NCBI GenBank assembly: GCA_027459745.1
Contig: DAIDHL010000003.1
Coordinates: 129,125 to 193,124, forward strand
Source of the DNA: Candidatus Levyibacteriota bacterium
Lineage (GTDB): Bacteria > Patescibacteriota > Microgenomatia > Levybacterales > UBA12049
Length of the DNA: 64,000 bases
Direction of reading: 5' to 3'
The translations under genes were made by a program, and so were the position numbers. This document shows positions 9,989 to 19,813 of the stretch, one piece after another. The notes under the pieces were generated by a model, which saw only the letters and a list, made by a program, of their open reading frames with translations, made no database searches and was not told the origin of the DNA. Position 1 is the stretch's first letter. The number at the start of each line of letters is the position of its first letter.

Positions 9989-10786
9989 CTATCCCGAATA
10001 GTAGTTTACCCAAGAAGTAATATGGGCATGGGTCTGTAAATTAGTAACAAATTGTTGTTCTTTTTGTTGCAGTTCTTGTTGCTGTAACTGTTGTTTTACT
10101 TGTGCTGTTGTAGTACCGGCTGGTAGAGAACCTTTATTTTGATCCATATAATCTTTGACCTGTTGATCACTGACAGCTATATTACCGACCATTTTTTGAA
10201 TTTCCTGTTGCAAAACAATTTGGTCAGTCAATTGTTGCTTGGTCATATGCTGTTGTTGTAAAGCAGCATCTAATGTCTCTCCCTGTTTTTTCAAATTGTT
10301 TTCAATAGTTGACATTTGAGAGTTAATTTCTTGCTGAGTAACTGTTATATGTCTCTTGTTTGCTTCTTGTTTTATCAAGGCTTGTGTTACCAAAGACTGC
10401 ATTTCTTGATCTCCATATTGTTGTTCTAGTTGATTTACAACATCCCAACGATAAATTGGTTGACCATTTACTAATGCAGCGATGAACCAACTTCTAATAG
10501 AATAAACAACTACTAGCACGATAATTGCTGCTAATACAGCGATTATATATGAACGTTTAATCTGCATACCACCCAATCTAGTAGACATACTTGACTGAGA
10601 AACTGACATTACGCCAACTGGTTGTTCATTTAAAGATTCATTTTTGTGAGATGATTTTGTCGTCTTTTTTGCAGATGTCATTGTAACAGATTTAGAGGAA
10701 ATACTTTTCTTTGCTGCAGTTTTTTTATTTTTTGCTGATGAAGATTTTGTCGCCATATTTTTGAATATGGTCGTATTGTAAAACAA
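9989..10786 (-). CDS. Membrane-anchored protein with SurA-N/PpiD-like chaperone domain (no PPIase domain seen)
   Basis: 265 aa. Lys/Ser-rich N-terminus, one TM helix, then a Gln-rich helical region resembling SurA N-terminal chaperone domains. Confidence 0.4.
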   Translation of the reverse strand: MFYNTTIFKNMATKSSSAKNKKTAAKKSISSKSVTMTSAKKTTKSSHKNESLNEQPVGVMSVSQSSMSTRLGGMQIKRSYIIAVLAAIIVLVVVYSIRSWFIAALVNGQPIYRWDVVNQLEQQYGDQEMQSLVTQALIKQEANKRHITVTQQEINSQMSTIENNLKKQGETLDAALQQQHMTKQQLTDQIVLQQEIQKMVGNIAVSDQQVKDYMDQNKGSLPAGTTTAQVKQQLQQQELQQKEQQFVTNLQTHAHITSWVNYYSG

Positions 10787-10960
10787 AGAAGAAAAATTTG
10801 CAAATAGTAATTTACTAATTAATTATAACTAATTAAAATCAAATTATTAAATCTTAAATTAAACGTAATCTTAATTTAATAATTTGTTTGTAATTTTATT
10901 TTGGACCATAAATCATACTCTTGGTTTTGTTTTCATTAGTGACAAGAGTATAATCATTCT

Positions 10961-11707
10961 ATGATTAATGAGCTCTCTATCATTATTCCTACATATAATG
11001 AAGAACATTACTTAGCTAAAACACTTCGTTCAATACAAAGACAAAAATTGCCTTCTCTCTTTGAAACAATAATTGTAGATGGATATTCAGAAGATAAAAC
11101 TTTGCAAGTTGCGAAATCTTTTCAAAACAAAATACATCATCTTTCAATTGTAAATACAAAACGCGGTACGGGACACCAAAGAAATGTTGGCGCACATAAA
11201 GCAAAATATAAATATGTACTTTTTTTAGATGCAGACATTATATTAAGTAAAAATCTTATTCCCCGTTTAATGCACGAAGCCAAATCAGATGAAGATTTTA
11301 TCTCCATGGTCACTGTATGGACAACAAGTAAAAATTTTTCAGACAATTTATTACTTGCTTTATGTTATCCGTTTATAATTTTGTTTTATCTTCTTAATCC
11401 TACTCCAGGCGCTGGTTTTATTTTCACTACCAAACATAACCATAAAAAAATTAATGGTTTTAACGAAAAAGCTATTTTAGGTGAAGATGCTGATTATGGC
11501 ACCAGATCATTAAAAGCAGGCGCTAAACCTCATTTTTATTTTTCTTTTCTAGTTTTCCATTCCGCTCGTAGAGCTGAAGAAATGGGTTTTTTGCAAATGT
11601 TATTTTTTTGGGCCAAAACTTATTTGTATATCAAAAAATATGGCCCTGTAATTGATAACAAAAAATTTAACTATCCTTACGGTCATTATAAAGGCATAAG
11701 TAGTTAA
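10961..11707 (+). CDS. Family-2 glycosyltransferase (small, non-processive type)
   Basis: 248 aa. IIIPTYNEE ... DGYSEDKT ... FLDADI (DxD) are typical GT-A fold GT2 motifs. Confidence 0.7.
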   Translation: MINELSIIIPTYNEEHYLAKTLRSIQRQKLPSLFETIIVDGYSEDKTLQVAKSFQNKIHHLSIVNTKRGTGHQRNVGAHKAKYKYVLFLDADIILSKNLIPRLMHEAKSDEDFISMVTVWTTSKNFSDNLLLALCYPFIILFYLLNPTPGAGFIFTTKHNHKKINGFNEKAILGEDADYGTRSLKAGAKPHFYFSFLVFHSARRAEEMGFLQMLFFWAKTYLYIKKYGPVIDNKKFNYPYGHYKGISS

Positions 11708-11761
11708 GATTCGATAAGCAGAATGATTTAGCACAAAATTGGATTTGGATTTAAATCAGAT

Positions 11762-12982
11762 TTACTGATTAGGAGCACTAGCCAAGGTAGCATTTAAAGT
11801 AGACGTATTCCCACTTCTCCAATAAGTTATATTAATAGTCTGACCAACTTTCTTTTTGGAAATAATATCTGAAAGTGCATTGGTTGTATTAAGAGTTTGA
11901 CCATCAATTTTTGTGATAATATCGCCCTGTTGTAGCCCTGCTGAATCAGCCGGAGAGCCAGACACTACTTGAGCGATATAGGCACCTTGTGGAACATTAT
12001 CTAAAATAGCCTGATTACGATCGATCATTTTGTATTGCACACCTAGATAAGGATAGGTAAATTTACCACCATTTTGGTTAAAATTATTTAATGCATCCTT
12101 TACCGTATTTATAGGCAATGCAAAACCAATATTTTGTCCACTTTGTGCAACAGCAGTATTAATACCAATAACCTGATTAGAATCATTAATTAAAGGCCCA
12201 CCTGAGTTACCGGGATTAATCGCAGCACTAGTCTGAATAACATCACTTAAGTTTTCTGTTTCACCCGCAAATTGATCACCAGCTGTTATACCTCTCCCCA
12301 AACCAGAAATGACACCAGTTGTGACTGTATTTCTGAATTCTCCTAGTGCTGTTCCAATGGCAACAACAAATTGACCAACCTGTAAGTTGTTGGAATTCCC
12401 TAAGGTTACCGGTTTTAGAGTTTGACCTGGATTATCGGAAGGATTAATTTTAATGACCGCAATATCATTTTGTGGATCTTGATAAATCTGCTGAACTTTG
12501 TATGTCTTATCATTGCTAGTGATAACTACATAAGTACCCGGATCCGAAACAACATGCTTATTGGTTACCACTAAACCATCTGAGGAAATAATAAAACCTG
12601 AGCCAATTGCTACGGGTGTATTGCCGCTGCCGCCCGAACTATTTCCACCATTATTACTACTGCCTCCTCCACTACCAAAAGGAGAACCGAACATACCTCC
12701 AAATGGATCGAAAAGCGGATTTAACTGTTGCTGATTTTGACTATTTGAAGAAGTTTCTTCTATCGTTACAACTGACGGACCGACTTTCTTGACTGCATTA
12801 ATAGTAACTGACTCTTCACTTACAACTCTTACTGTCTGAGTTGATCCAGAGGAAGAATTGTTACTGACATTTTGTCCCGAGATATAATTTCCAACTTGCG
12901 GCAAATAGACTTGTACTCCACTATATACCCCCAGTATAACAACTAAAACTACTATTAGAATTATCAATTTTCTCATATTCAT
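11762..12982 (-). CDS. htrA: HtrA/DegP-family serine protease with PDZ domain
   Basis: 406 aa. N-terminal TM, catalytic His (TNKHVV) and GNSGGPL Ser motif of trypsin-like proteases. C-terminal PDZ. Confidence 0.85.
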   Translation of the reverse strand: MNMRKLIILIVVLVVILGVYSGVQVYLPQVGNYISGQNVSNNSSSGSTQTVRVVSEESVTINAVKKVGPSVVTIEETSSNSQNQQQLNPLFDPFGGMFGSPFGSGGGSSNNGGNSSGGSGNTPVAIGSGFIISSDGLVVTNKHVVSDPGTYVVITSNDKTYKVQQIYQDPQNDIAVIKINPSDNPGQTLKPVTLGNSNNLQVGQFVVAIGTALGEFRNTVTTGVISGLGRGITAGDQFAGETENLSDVIQTSAAINPGNSGGPLINDSNQVIGINTAVAQSGQNIGFALPINTVKDALNNFNQNGGKFTYPYLGVQYKMIDRNQAILDNVPQGAYIAQVVSGSPADSAGLQQGDIITKIDGQTLNTTNALSDIISKKKVGQTINITYWRSGNTSTLNATLASAPNQ

Positions 12983-13035
12983 GTAGGTCTAAAAAATAAT
13001 AATCCCTCAACCTTAAATATTCCTGAAAGAAACCC

Positions 13036-14322
13036 CTATTCTTGTAACAAGGTCTCAATACCTGCTTCCAATTGAGTATCATGTGTTGGATCTTTAGGAT
13101 TTAAAGCTGCAGTTACATCTGGATGAAGACCTGTACCATTTTTACCATTACCAACCCAAGTACCATTTGGTGTAAGCCATTTGGCGATCGTAACATGTAA
13201 TCCTGCCCCATTACCCAAATCTTCTGCATCCTGCACAGTTCCTTTCCCAAAGGATTTTTCACCTACCAATTTCGCACGATTGTTATCACGTAATGCTCCC
13301 GAAACAATTTCACTAGCAGAAGCAGACCCGCCATCAATTAATACGACCATAGGAACATTTTGCAATACACCAGCTCTATCCACAGTTAATGCTTTTATGT
13401 TTCCATAAGCATCTTCTTGCTTCACAACTGTGGCACCCTGCGGAAGGAATTCTGAAGCTATATAAAGCGCATCTGTTAATAATCCACCAGGATTTTCACG
13501 TAAATCTAACACTACGCCTTTAATATTGGAGTTCTTTTTAAGCTGTAAAGCCAAATTATTAACCACGGGACTCCACTCCTGATCTGTCTGTTCGCCAAAT
13601 TCTGATAATCTAATATATGCAATTTGCTCATTTTTCTGATTTAGCAAAGCGCTCGCAGATGCGTTAATAGTAGGTATATCTTTTATTGCCTTCACCCATG
13701 AGCTAACAGTTTTTACATTTATATTGTCGCGCGTGATAATTATATCTTTGGCATTATTACTACCTTTAGGTAAAATAGTTAAGGTAACTTGTGTACCTTT
13801 GGGACCTTTAATCATATTCACAACTGTGTTCAAATCCATCCCCGTAATATCTTGTCCATTAACTTTTTCAATAATATCCCCAGACTTCAATCCAGCTTTT
13901 TGAGCAGGACTACCATCTAGAGGTGCCATAATTAGGACTTGTTTGTTATTTGTCGTTAATTCCGCTCCAATACCTTGAAATTGTCCAGAGATTTGTTGTT
14001 TGAATGCGGTATTATTAGTAGGAGGTAAATACATCGTGAAAGGATCATTCAGGGTACTTATCATACCCGAGATTGCTCCATTGACCATATTTTGTCCATT
14101 GATAGCTTTACGGTCATAAAAGTTAGTTTCAATTGCCTGAGCTACGGTCCAAAATGGAGCCATATCCATAGTCTGCATGCCGGCAGGAGGTTCTTGATTT
14201 ACGATGGATAGCTGAGGATGATAATTTTGCCAATCAAGTGTAATCTTATATATACCCCATAAATACCCCACTATACCAGCAATAATGACAAAAAGAATAA
14301 CTCTAAGTGATGAAGATTTCAT
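13036..14322 (-). CDS. ctpA: Carboxyl-terminal processing protease (S41, CtpA-like) with PDZ domain
   Basis: 428 aa. PDZ (KAGLKSGDIIEKVNGQ). S41 core motifs VLDLRENPGGLL and GGSASASEIVSGAL...GKGTVQ. Confidence 0.85.
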   Translation of the reverse strand: MKSSSLRVILFVIIAGIVGYLWGIYKITLDWQNYHPQLSIVNQEPPAGMQTMDMAPFWTVAQAIETNFYDRKAINGQNMVNGAISGMISTLNDPFTMYLPPTNNTAFKQQISGQFQGIGAELTTNNKQVLIMAPLDGSPAQKAGLKSGDIIEKVNGQDITGMDLNTVVNMIKGPKGTQVTLTILPKGSNNAKDIIITRDNINVKTVSSWVKAIKDIPTINASASALLNQKNEQIAYIRLSEFGEQTDQEWSPVVNNLALQLKKNSNIKGVVLDLRENPGGLLTDALYIASEFLPQGATVVKQEDAYGNIKALTVDRAGVLQNVPMVVLIDGGSASASEIVSGALRDNNRAKLVGEKSFGKGTVQDAEDLGNGAGLHVTIAKWLTPNGTWVGNGKNGTGLHPDVTAALNPKDPTHDTQLEAGIETLLQE

Positions 14323-14360
14323 ATTGATTTTAACTTCGTGAAAACTGTTCCAACTGGATG

Positions 14361-15131
14361 TTATTCCAAGAACAAAATAGTACTAGTTGATCCTTCAAGA
14401 TAAGCATTTTTACCTGATTTTTTACTTAATTTTACTAACTGGTCTTCTTCTATCAAAACGATTGGCACCAGCATATTACGCTGAATTAAATATTCAATAT
14501 CCTCGGGTAAAATTGTTGTAGCAATGATTCCCAAACTCTCCAGTCCAATCGCCTTAATCAGAGCATCTCTATGCAAAGACCTTGCCAAGACAACCTTGTT
14601 GGTAATCGAACTGTTGAGCTGGATCATCAACTGTTGCGAGTCTGCAGGAGTAAGAACACTAGGTAAAACATATATTGGGCCCTGAGCGTTTTTACCAAAA
14701 CCACTTATCCCCTGTACAATACTCTCATTGGTATCAATGACAATTTGCTCATTATTGCACATTTGCACAACACCATCAATAGGACTTATTATTTCTTTGG
14801 TTTCGCCAATTTCCCCTCCTACAGTTAAATCCCCAGTCTCCGAATCAAGTCGTGTAATCATGCCAGAAATATTACTGAGGAGTTTAACTTTGGAAAATCC
14901 CATACTCTTTTTCTTAGTGGCAATGACATCCCCCTTTTCCAAACTATCTCCTGGCCGTCTTAAAAGCAAACCTTCTACTTTATGAGGGGCTACGTGCAAA
15001 ACTTGAGCGACATGTATTACATGCTCATCTGAAGCTTCTTGTTTGGCAAGCAATTGTCCTTTGTTAACAGCCTCACCCTGTTTTACAAAAACAGTTGCAT
15101 CTTTAGGTAAGGGGATGGGCAAGGAAACCAT
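14361..15131 (-). CDS. Hypothetical protein with N-terminal biotinyl/lipoyl-like hybrid barrel
   Basis: 256 aa. The N-terminal region VFVKQGEAVNKGQLLA resembles barrel-sandwich hybrid domains. Sits directly upstream of ctpA on the same strand. Confidence 0.45.
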   Translation of the reverse strand: MVSLPIPLPKDATVFVKQGEAVNKGQLLAKQEASDEHVIHVAQVLHVAPHKVEGLLLRRPGDSLEKGDVIATKKKSMGFSKVKLLSNISGMITRLDSETGDLTVGGEIGETKEIISPIDGVVQMCNNEQIVIDTNESIVQGISGFGKNAQGPIYVLPSVLTPADSQQLMIQLNSSITNKVVLARSLHRDALIKAIGLESLGIIATTILPEDIEYLIQRNMLVPIVLIEEDQLVKLSKKSGKNAYLEGSTSTILFLE

Positions 15132-15231
15132 ATAGTTTATTGTATTTAGTATAAAGTATTATGTATAGTCTAGCAAGCCAATATCATAAGTTATTATTGA
15201 GCTACCTAGCTGAAGAAGATTTGAAATATTA

Positions 15232-15423
15232 TTAACGAGATAAGAGTGTAGATAGCTGAGGAACGGCTCGTTTACAGGCATTAAAGACTTCTTTTCTTAA
15301 AGCTTGGGGTGTTTTGGTAAAATAAATTCCTCCACGATCTTCATAAATACCACCTAAATTAGTACTGGCAAGTAAATGAAAATCTCCTGTTAAACGTTGA
15401 AAGCGTTCTTTATTTGCAATCAT
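15232..15423 (-). CDS. Small hypothetical ORF at the position normally occupied by rplI
   Basis: 63 aa. No similarity to ribosomal protein L9 by eye. Could be non-coding. Confidence 0.25.
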   Translation of the reverse strand: MIANKERFQRLTGDFHLLASTNLGGIYEDRGGIYFTKTPQALRKEVFNACKRAVPQLSTLLSR

Positions 15424-15426
15424 ACA

Positions 15427-15672
15427 TTATCCTCGAGAGAGGAAAGGAAGAAGAGCTAAATGACGCGCATATTTAATGGCCTTAGTTAAGGCTCTCTGAT
15501 TTTTGGCATTTAGACCACTGCGACTTCGTGGTAAAATCTTCCCGCGTTCAGTTAAAAACATTTTTAAAGTGTTTACATCTCCATAATATGGAGTTTTTTT
15601 ATTGTCCACAAAATAATCTGTACGTGGAGTTTGTACTTTTTGTATTCTTCTTTTGGTTACTTGTTTTTTCAT
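15427..15672 (-). CDS. rpsR: 30S ribosomal protein S18
   Basis: 81 aa. [58 protein letters not shown] is a textbook S18 sequence. Confidence 0.9.
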   Translation of the reverse strand: MKKQVTKRRIQKVQTPRTDYFVDNKKTPYYGDVNTLKMFLTERGKILPRSRSGLNAKNQRALTKAIKYARHLALLPFLSRG

Positions 15673-15709
15673 ATATTTTGTTTTTTATCTTATTGCTTCT
15701 CTTTATCTG

Positions 15710-16195
15710 TTAAAAAGGAATATCATCCGGTGATATTTCTTCTTCTCCACCTGCCTGAGATTCAACTCTTTCTTCTTTTTCTTCATGCTTGACAGGTGCT
15801 TTAGCCTTACGTGCTGGAGCAGCCTCTTCATGAACTGATTCACTTGCACCTGCACTTTGACCTTTGTTATCCAATAAAATCATATCATCGATCACAATTT
15901 CGGTCGTAGTGCGTTGTTGATTGTCTTGTGTTGTCCAACTTCGTGTCGATAGTCTACCTTCAACATACACTTTTCGTCCTTTGACCAAGAACTGACTACA
16001 AAGTTCTCCCAACTTATTCCAGGCTACTATACGATGATATTCTGTTTCTTCATGTTTTTCACCCGTATCAGTTGTCCAAGAACGATTGGTAGCCAAGCTA
16101 AATGAACAAACAGCCGTTCCGCTAGGCGTATAACGCAATTCAGGATCGCGTGTCAAATTACCAATCAATTGTACTCGATTCAAACTTCTTGCCAT
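15710..16195 (-). CDS. ssb: Single-stranded DNA-binding protein
   Basis: 161 aa. OB-fold consensus (VNRVQLIGNLTRDPELRYTPSGTAVCSFSLATNRSW...RIVAWNKLGE). Acidic C-terminal tail ending DDIPF. Confidence 0.9.
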   Translation of the reverse strand: MARSLNRVQLIGNLTRDPELRYTPSGTAVCSFSLATNRSWTTDTGEKHEETEYHRIVAWNKLGELCSQFLVKGRKVYVEGRLSTRSWTTQDNQQRTTTEIVIDDMILLDNKGQSAGASESVHEEAAPARKAKAPVKHEEKEERVESQAGGEEEISPDDIPF

Positions 16196-16203
16196 ATCTG
16201 TTA

Positions 16204-16286
16204 GTTATAAAGTTTGTAAAGTTCATAAAGTTATAAAATTACCTCCCCTTTATAAACTTTATAAACTTTTAACTTTATAAACTATT
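16204..16286 (-). repeat. AT-rich extended palindrome filling the rpsF-ssb intergenic space
   Basis: Left half carries ATAAAGTT three times. Right half carries its complement AACTTTAT three times (e.g. TTATAAAGTTT pairs with AAACTTTATAA), arranged around attacctcccct. Confidence 0.5.
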
Positions 16287-16584
16287 TAGTTCTTATTAAT
16301 AAATGTCTCAAAACTTCGTCTGTTTGTAATAATCTTCTTTCTACATCAGAAGGGAGACTTTCGCCTTCCAATTGTAGCATAACAAAATAACCTGCTTGTT
16401 CTTTCTTGATAGGATAAGCCAAAGGCTTTTGTCCCCATTCTTCCTCTTTGCTTACTTTTACGTCTTTCAACCAATCTTTAACTGTTTCCAAAAGCTTTTT
16501 TCTAGCTTTATCATCAAGCTTTGGCCGAAAAACTATAGTTAATTCATACTTTCGCATAACTAGCTGTAATTTTACTATACTCAC
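16282..16584 (-). CDS. rpsF: 30S ribosomal protein S6
   Basis: 100 aa. MRKYELTIVFRPKLDD ... GYFVMLQLEG is typical S6. Confidence 0.9.
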   Translation of the reverse strand: MSIVKLQLVMRKYELTIVFRPKLDDKARKKLLETVKDWLKDVKVSKEEEWGQKPLAYPIKKEQAGYFVMLQLEGESLPSDVERRLLQTDEVLRHLLIRTK

Positions 16585-16723
16585 GCTCTCGAGGCAAGTA
16601 GTAGATTCTAAATAACCTAACGCCTGTTCTCTACCTCATATTTCACAAATCGAAAGAGTTCGAAGCAGAAAGCCATACGCTAAAGGCCTATTTAATTCTT
16701 TTATGGTAATTAATTATAGGCTT

Positions 16724-16732
16724 TGTTATAAT
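16724..16732 (+). promoter_or_regulatory. Extended -10 element (TGTTATAAT) 10 nt upstream of the KAS III-like gene ATG, suggesting a leaderless transcript
   Basis: TGn-TATAAT at 16724-16732. ATG at 16743. No Shine-Dalgarno possible in the 10-nt gap. Confidence 0.35.
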
Positions 16733-16742
16733 CCATTTTAAT

Positions 16743-17825
16743 ATGTCTTACACAGAAAGATTCACTCCATCTCGTGAAAACTTACGTAATCCTGAAAGAT
16801 TACCTTCAACTAATTTACGCTTTGCTGAATATGTACCCAGCACGATATTAACTAATGATCATATCGTTGGTTGGAATATTCCCACACGAAACGGTACCTT
16901 AACCGCGGAAGAAATAAAAAGCAGAACTGGTGTAGAGCGCCGTTTTATCGCTGATCCAGAAGAGACGCAGTTAACCATGGCTACTATGGCTTTGGACCGC
17001 TTAGGTTTGCGACCAAGTCAGATAGATGCACTTTTTGTTTCTACGAGTCATGCTACCCTCATAAATCTAGCTCAGTCTTTACGTGATGAATTCGGTATGT
17101 CATCTCGTACACAAGTTATGGACGTTCACGCTGCTTGTTCCGGTACCGTCCGTGCTCTAGGAGAGATTAAAGAAAATGAAGCCGAATTTCAAGGTAAAAA
17201 TGTTGTGTTGTTGGCCAGTGAATTATATTCGCGAAGTTTGGTAGATTTATCTAAACCGGATGGGATAACAAAAGATCCTTCCTTAGCCCAAACTCTATTC
17301 ACGGACGGGGCAGTTGCTATGTCTGGTATATATGGCCAAGACTTTCGCGTTTTAGCTGCTCAACATAAATATTTGGGTGAAGAATATCGAGATCTTATTC
17401 GCATGCCTCAACAAACTGGATTTACACAACCAGCTATTGTAGAACCTGTTCCCCAATCAGAAACTGGTCGTTTTATACAAAATGGGAATGGAGTCTATAA
17501 ATTAGTTCGACGATTAATTCCGCCCATGGTACGACAATTAGTAAGTGACTCCGGATTAACACCTGAGGATATTCAATTGATTATCCCCCACCAAGGCAGC
17601 GGCCGCATGGTCGAAGGTTTAGCTCAGGATTTTGAAGCTGACTTCGCAGGCAAAACCATGGCTGACTATCGCGATGGAAATTTGTCCTCTGGATCGGTTT
17701 TGCGTGCAATGAAACGAGCTTTTGGCAATGGACAATTACAATTTGGCCAAAACGTCGTGTTACAACAATTTGGAGCGGGTATGTTTGCTGCGGGAGCCGT
17801 AGTAAATTTTCCTCGCGTGGCTTAG
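16743..17825 (+). CDS. Beta-ketoacyl-ACP synthase III-like thiolase-fold condensing enzyme (FabH/KAS III paralog 1)
   Basis: 360 aa. Cys (HAACSG), His (PHQGSG) and Asn (DGNLSSGS) at positions expected for the KAS III Cys-His-Asn triad. Confidence 0.65.
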   Translation: MSYTERFTPSRENLRNPERLPSTNLRFAEYVPSTILTNDHIVGWNIPTRNGTLTAEEIKSRTGVERRFIADPEETQLTMATMALDRLGLRPSQIDALFVSTSHATLINLAQSLRDEFGMSSRTQVMDVHAACSGTVRALGEIKENEAEFQGKNVVLLASELYSRSLVDLSKPDGITKDPSLAQTLFTDGAVAMSGIYGQDFRVLAAQHKYLGEEYRDLIRMPQQTGFTQPAIVEPVPQSETGRFIQNGNGVYKLVRRLIPPMVRQLVSDSGLTPEDIQLIIPHQGSGRMVEGLAQDFEADFAGKTMADYRDGNLSSGSVLRAMKRAFGNGQLQFGQNVVLQQFGAGMFAAGAVVNFPRVA

Positions 17826-17851
17826 ATCTGTAATTATTTTTTACTAACTGA

Positions 17852-18931
17852 TTAAAAATACTTCTGACTTTTTCCAACTGGTTTTTGTAGTCCATTCATC
17901 ACCATGAATCCCCCATTGTAATTTAGTCCCGCGCCAAAGCTGGTCCACAAAACTTTATGATTTCTTTGCATTCTGCCATCTACATAAGCCTCATACATCG
18001 CTACTGGCACAGTCGAAGTCGAAGTATTACCATACTTGTCTATCGTTACGACGACTTTTTTCATCGGAATTCCCAACGCCTCCGCAGTGTCTCTCATAAT
18101 TGCCAGATTAGCTTGATGCGGGACAAATAGATCCACTTCTTCAATCGGCATCTTTGCTTTTTTTAAAGCTTGCTCTGCGACTTGTTTCATTCGGAGAACT
18201 GCTTGTTCATGAATTACTGGCCCATTCATCGTCAAGGCATGTTCATCATTTTGGACTGTTTCTAAAGAAGTAGGCCTTCTGCTTCCTCCTGCTTTCACGC
18301 CCAAATCATCAGCGAATTTCCCATCCAAACCAAACGCAAAACCCATATTAATTGGTACTCCTGGATCTGGAGTTACCATGGTTACCAAAGCAGCACCAGC
18401 AGCATCGCCAAAAAGAAGACTATCGCGAACACGAGGGCTTAAATTGGTACTAATTACTTCTGCACCTACAGCTGCCTGCACTCCTCCTCTCCCATAAGGG
18501 CTACTTAAATCAGTAACTGTATTATAAAAAGTATAGGTCCAACCAGGACATGCATCAGCGTTATTACTTCCCATAACATCATTAGGCAAGTTTAATTTAT
18601 CCTGAACTATAGCTACGGTAGATACCCCTGGCATATCAGGAGAAGTAGATCCTAAACGAATAGCGGTTAAGGCTTCCTTATCAATACCTGTAAGTGCTAA
18701 GCTCTCTTGAATGGCTCGTACGGCTAAATCAGATGTGGCTTCTTCTCCAACTCTGACCCAATATCTTTGACCCATACCAGCCCCACTTGCTCTCATGGCT
18801 CTATCAGTAAAACCAACTTTTTTACCTAAGTAAGCATCTAAATCTGCATTTGTCATCAAGCGTGAGGGTACTGCATGACCAAAACCAACAATTGCGGGAA
18901 TTTGTCCTGTCAATTGCTCTCTATTTCTCAT
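17852..18931 (-). CDS. Beta-ketoacyl-ACP synthase III-like (FabH/KAS III paralog 2)
   Basis: 359 aa. Active-site Cys (ADACPGW), VPHQANLAIM His motif and YGNTSTSTVP Asn motif closely match E. coli FabH motifs. Confidence 0.7.
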   Translation of the reverse strand: MRNREQLTGQIPAIVGFGHAVPSRLMTNADLDAYLGKKVGFTDRAMRASGAGMGQRYWVRVGEEATSDLAVRAIQESLALTGIDKEALTAIRLGSTSPDMPGVSTVAIVQDKLNLPNDVMGSNNADACPGWTYTFYNTVTDLSSPYGRGGVQAAVGAEVISTNLSPRVRDSLLFGDAAGAALVTMVTPDPGVPINMGFAFGLDGKFADDLGVKAGGSRRPTSLETVQNDEHALTMNGPVIHEQAVLRMKQVAEQALKKAKMPIEEVDLFVPHQANLAIMRDTAEALGIPMKKVVVTIDKYGNTSTSTVPVAMYEAYVDGRMQRNHKVLWTSFGAGLNYNGGFMVMNGLQKPVGKSQKYF

Positions 18932-19048
18932 TACAGGAGAATACTAAACAAGAGTTATTAAGTCAACGACCATTTGTCATTGTTAATTTATCATTGGCCA
19001 TTTATTTTACGCTCCTATTTTGTACTCGACCGATCATCTTTTACTTGA

Positions 19049-19750
19049 TTAACCTGTAAACGGTCCTTCATCTTCACTCTCAACTTCATTCAATTTCGGA
19101 GGTGGCGGATATTTTTCAGGATTTATTCTCTCTAGCAACTCATGAACTCCAGCCGCCATTATCTCAATATCTGGTTCTATTGCTGTCACTGATTGAGAAA
19201 ATCGATTATTACTAGACCAAACAATTACTTTTTTAACTAACTCTCCTTGTGAATCGATTTCGTAACTAGTACGATTTGTTAATATTTTAGCATGATCATG
19301 CACAAACTCCTGGGGCTGTTGATCATAATCTTTATCTACAATAACAGGCATCTTTAATTCAAATGAATCTTCGCTATCACCTACTTCGTGACAGGTGAAA
19401 CTTACAAATGGATTCCGTTCGATAAATCTTTGTGACTTAATTGTAAACATTCGAGTTGATCCATCTTTAGAGTTAGGAGTAAATATACAATCAATTCTTT
19501 CGTCACCATTCACAGAAGGAAGGTAAACAATATTTTGTCCATCGTTTTTATATCTCTGCAACATCTCTTGTTTTAATGCTTCCATTTCTCTTCGAATAAG
19601 CATCACTGCTTTTCTATCTCTTTCTGTTTGTGCTGGATTGTCAGGAGGAAATAATTCACGTGGGGGTTGAGCTGGCAATAATTCTCTACGAGGAGGTGTG
19701 GGATCATTCCCTGTAAATGGGTTTATTTCTTGTGATCCATCTGTTGCCAT
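19049..19750 (-). CDS. Hypothetical protein with Pro-rich termini
   Basis: 233 aa, no recognisable domain. Confidence 0.45.
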   Translation of the reverse strand: MATDGSQEINPFTGNDPTPPRRELLPAQPPRELFPPDNPAQTERDRKAVMLIRREMEALKQEMLQRYKNDGQNIVYLPSVNGDERIDCIFTPNSKDGSTRMFTIKSQRFIERNPFVSFTCHEVGDSEDSFELKMPVIVDKDYDQQPQEFVHDHAKILTNRTSYEIDSQGELVKKVIVWSSNNRFSQSVTAIEPDIEIMAAGVHELLERINPEKYPPPPKLNEVESEDEGPFTG

Positions 19751-19813
19751 AGCATTTAGTCTACCAGGTTTTTAAAAACAACTATACACTATTCCCAATA
19801 TCCTATACCCAAA

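Noticed and set aside
15232-15423. Calling the 63-aa ORF after rpsR a degenerate rplI
   Set aside because: No resemblance to the L9 N-domain (no KVKNVAxGYARNFL-like motif). Too short. Kept as a low-confidence hypothetical.
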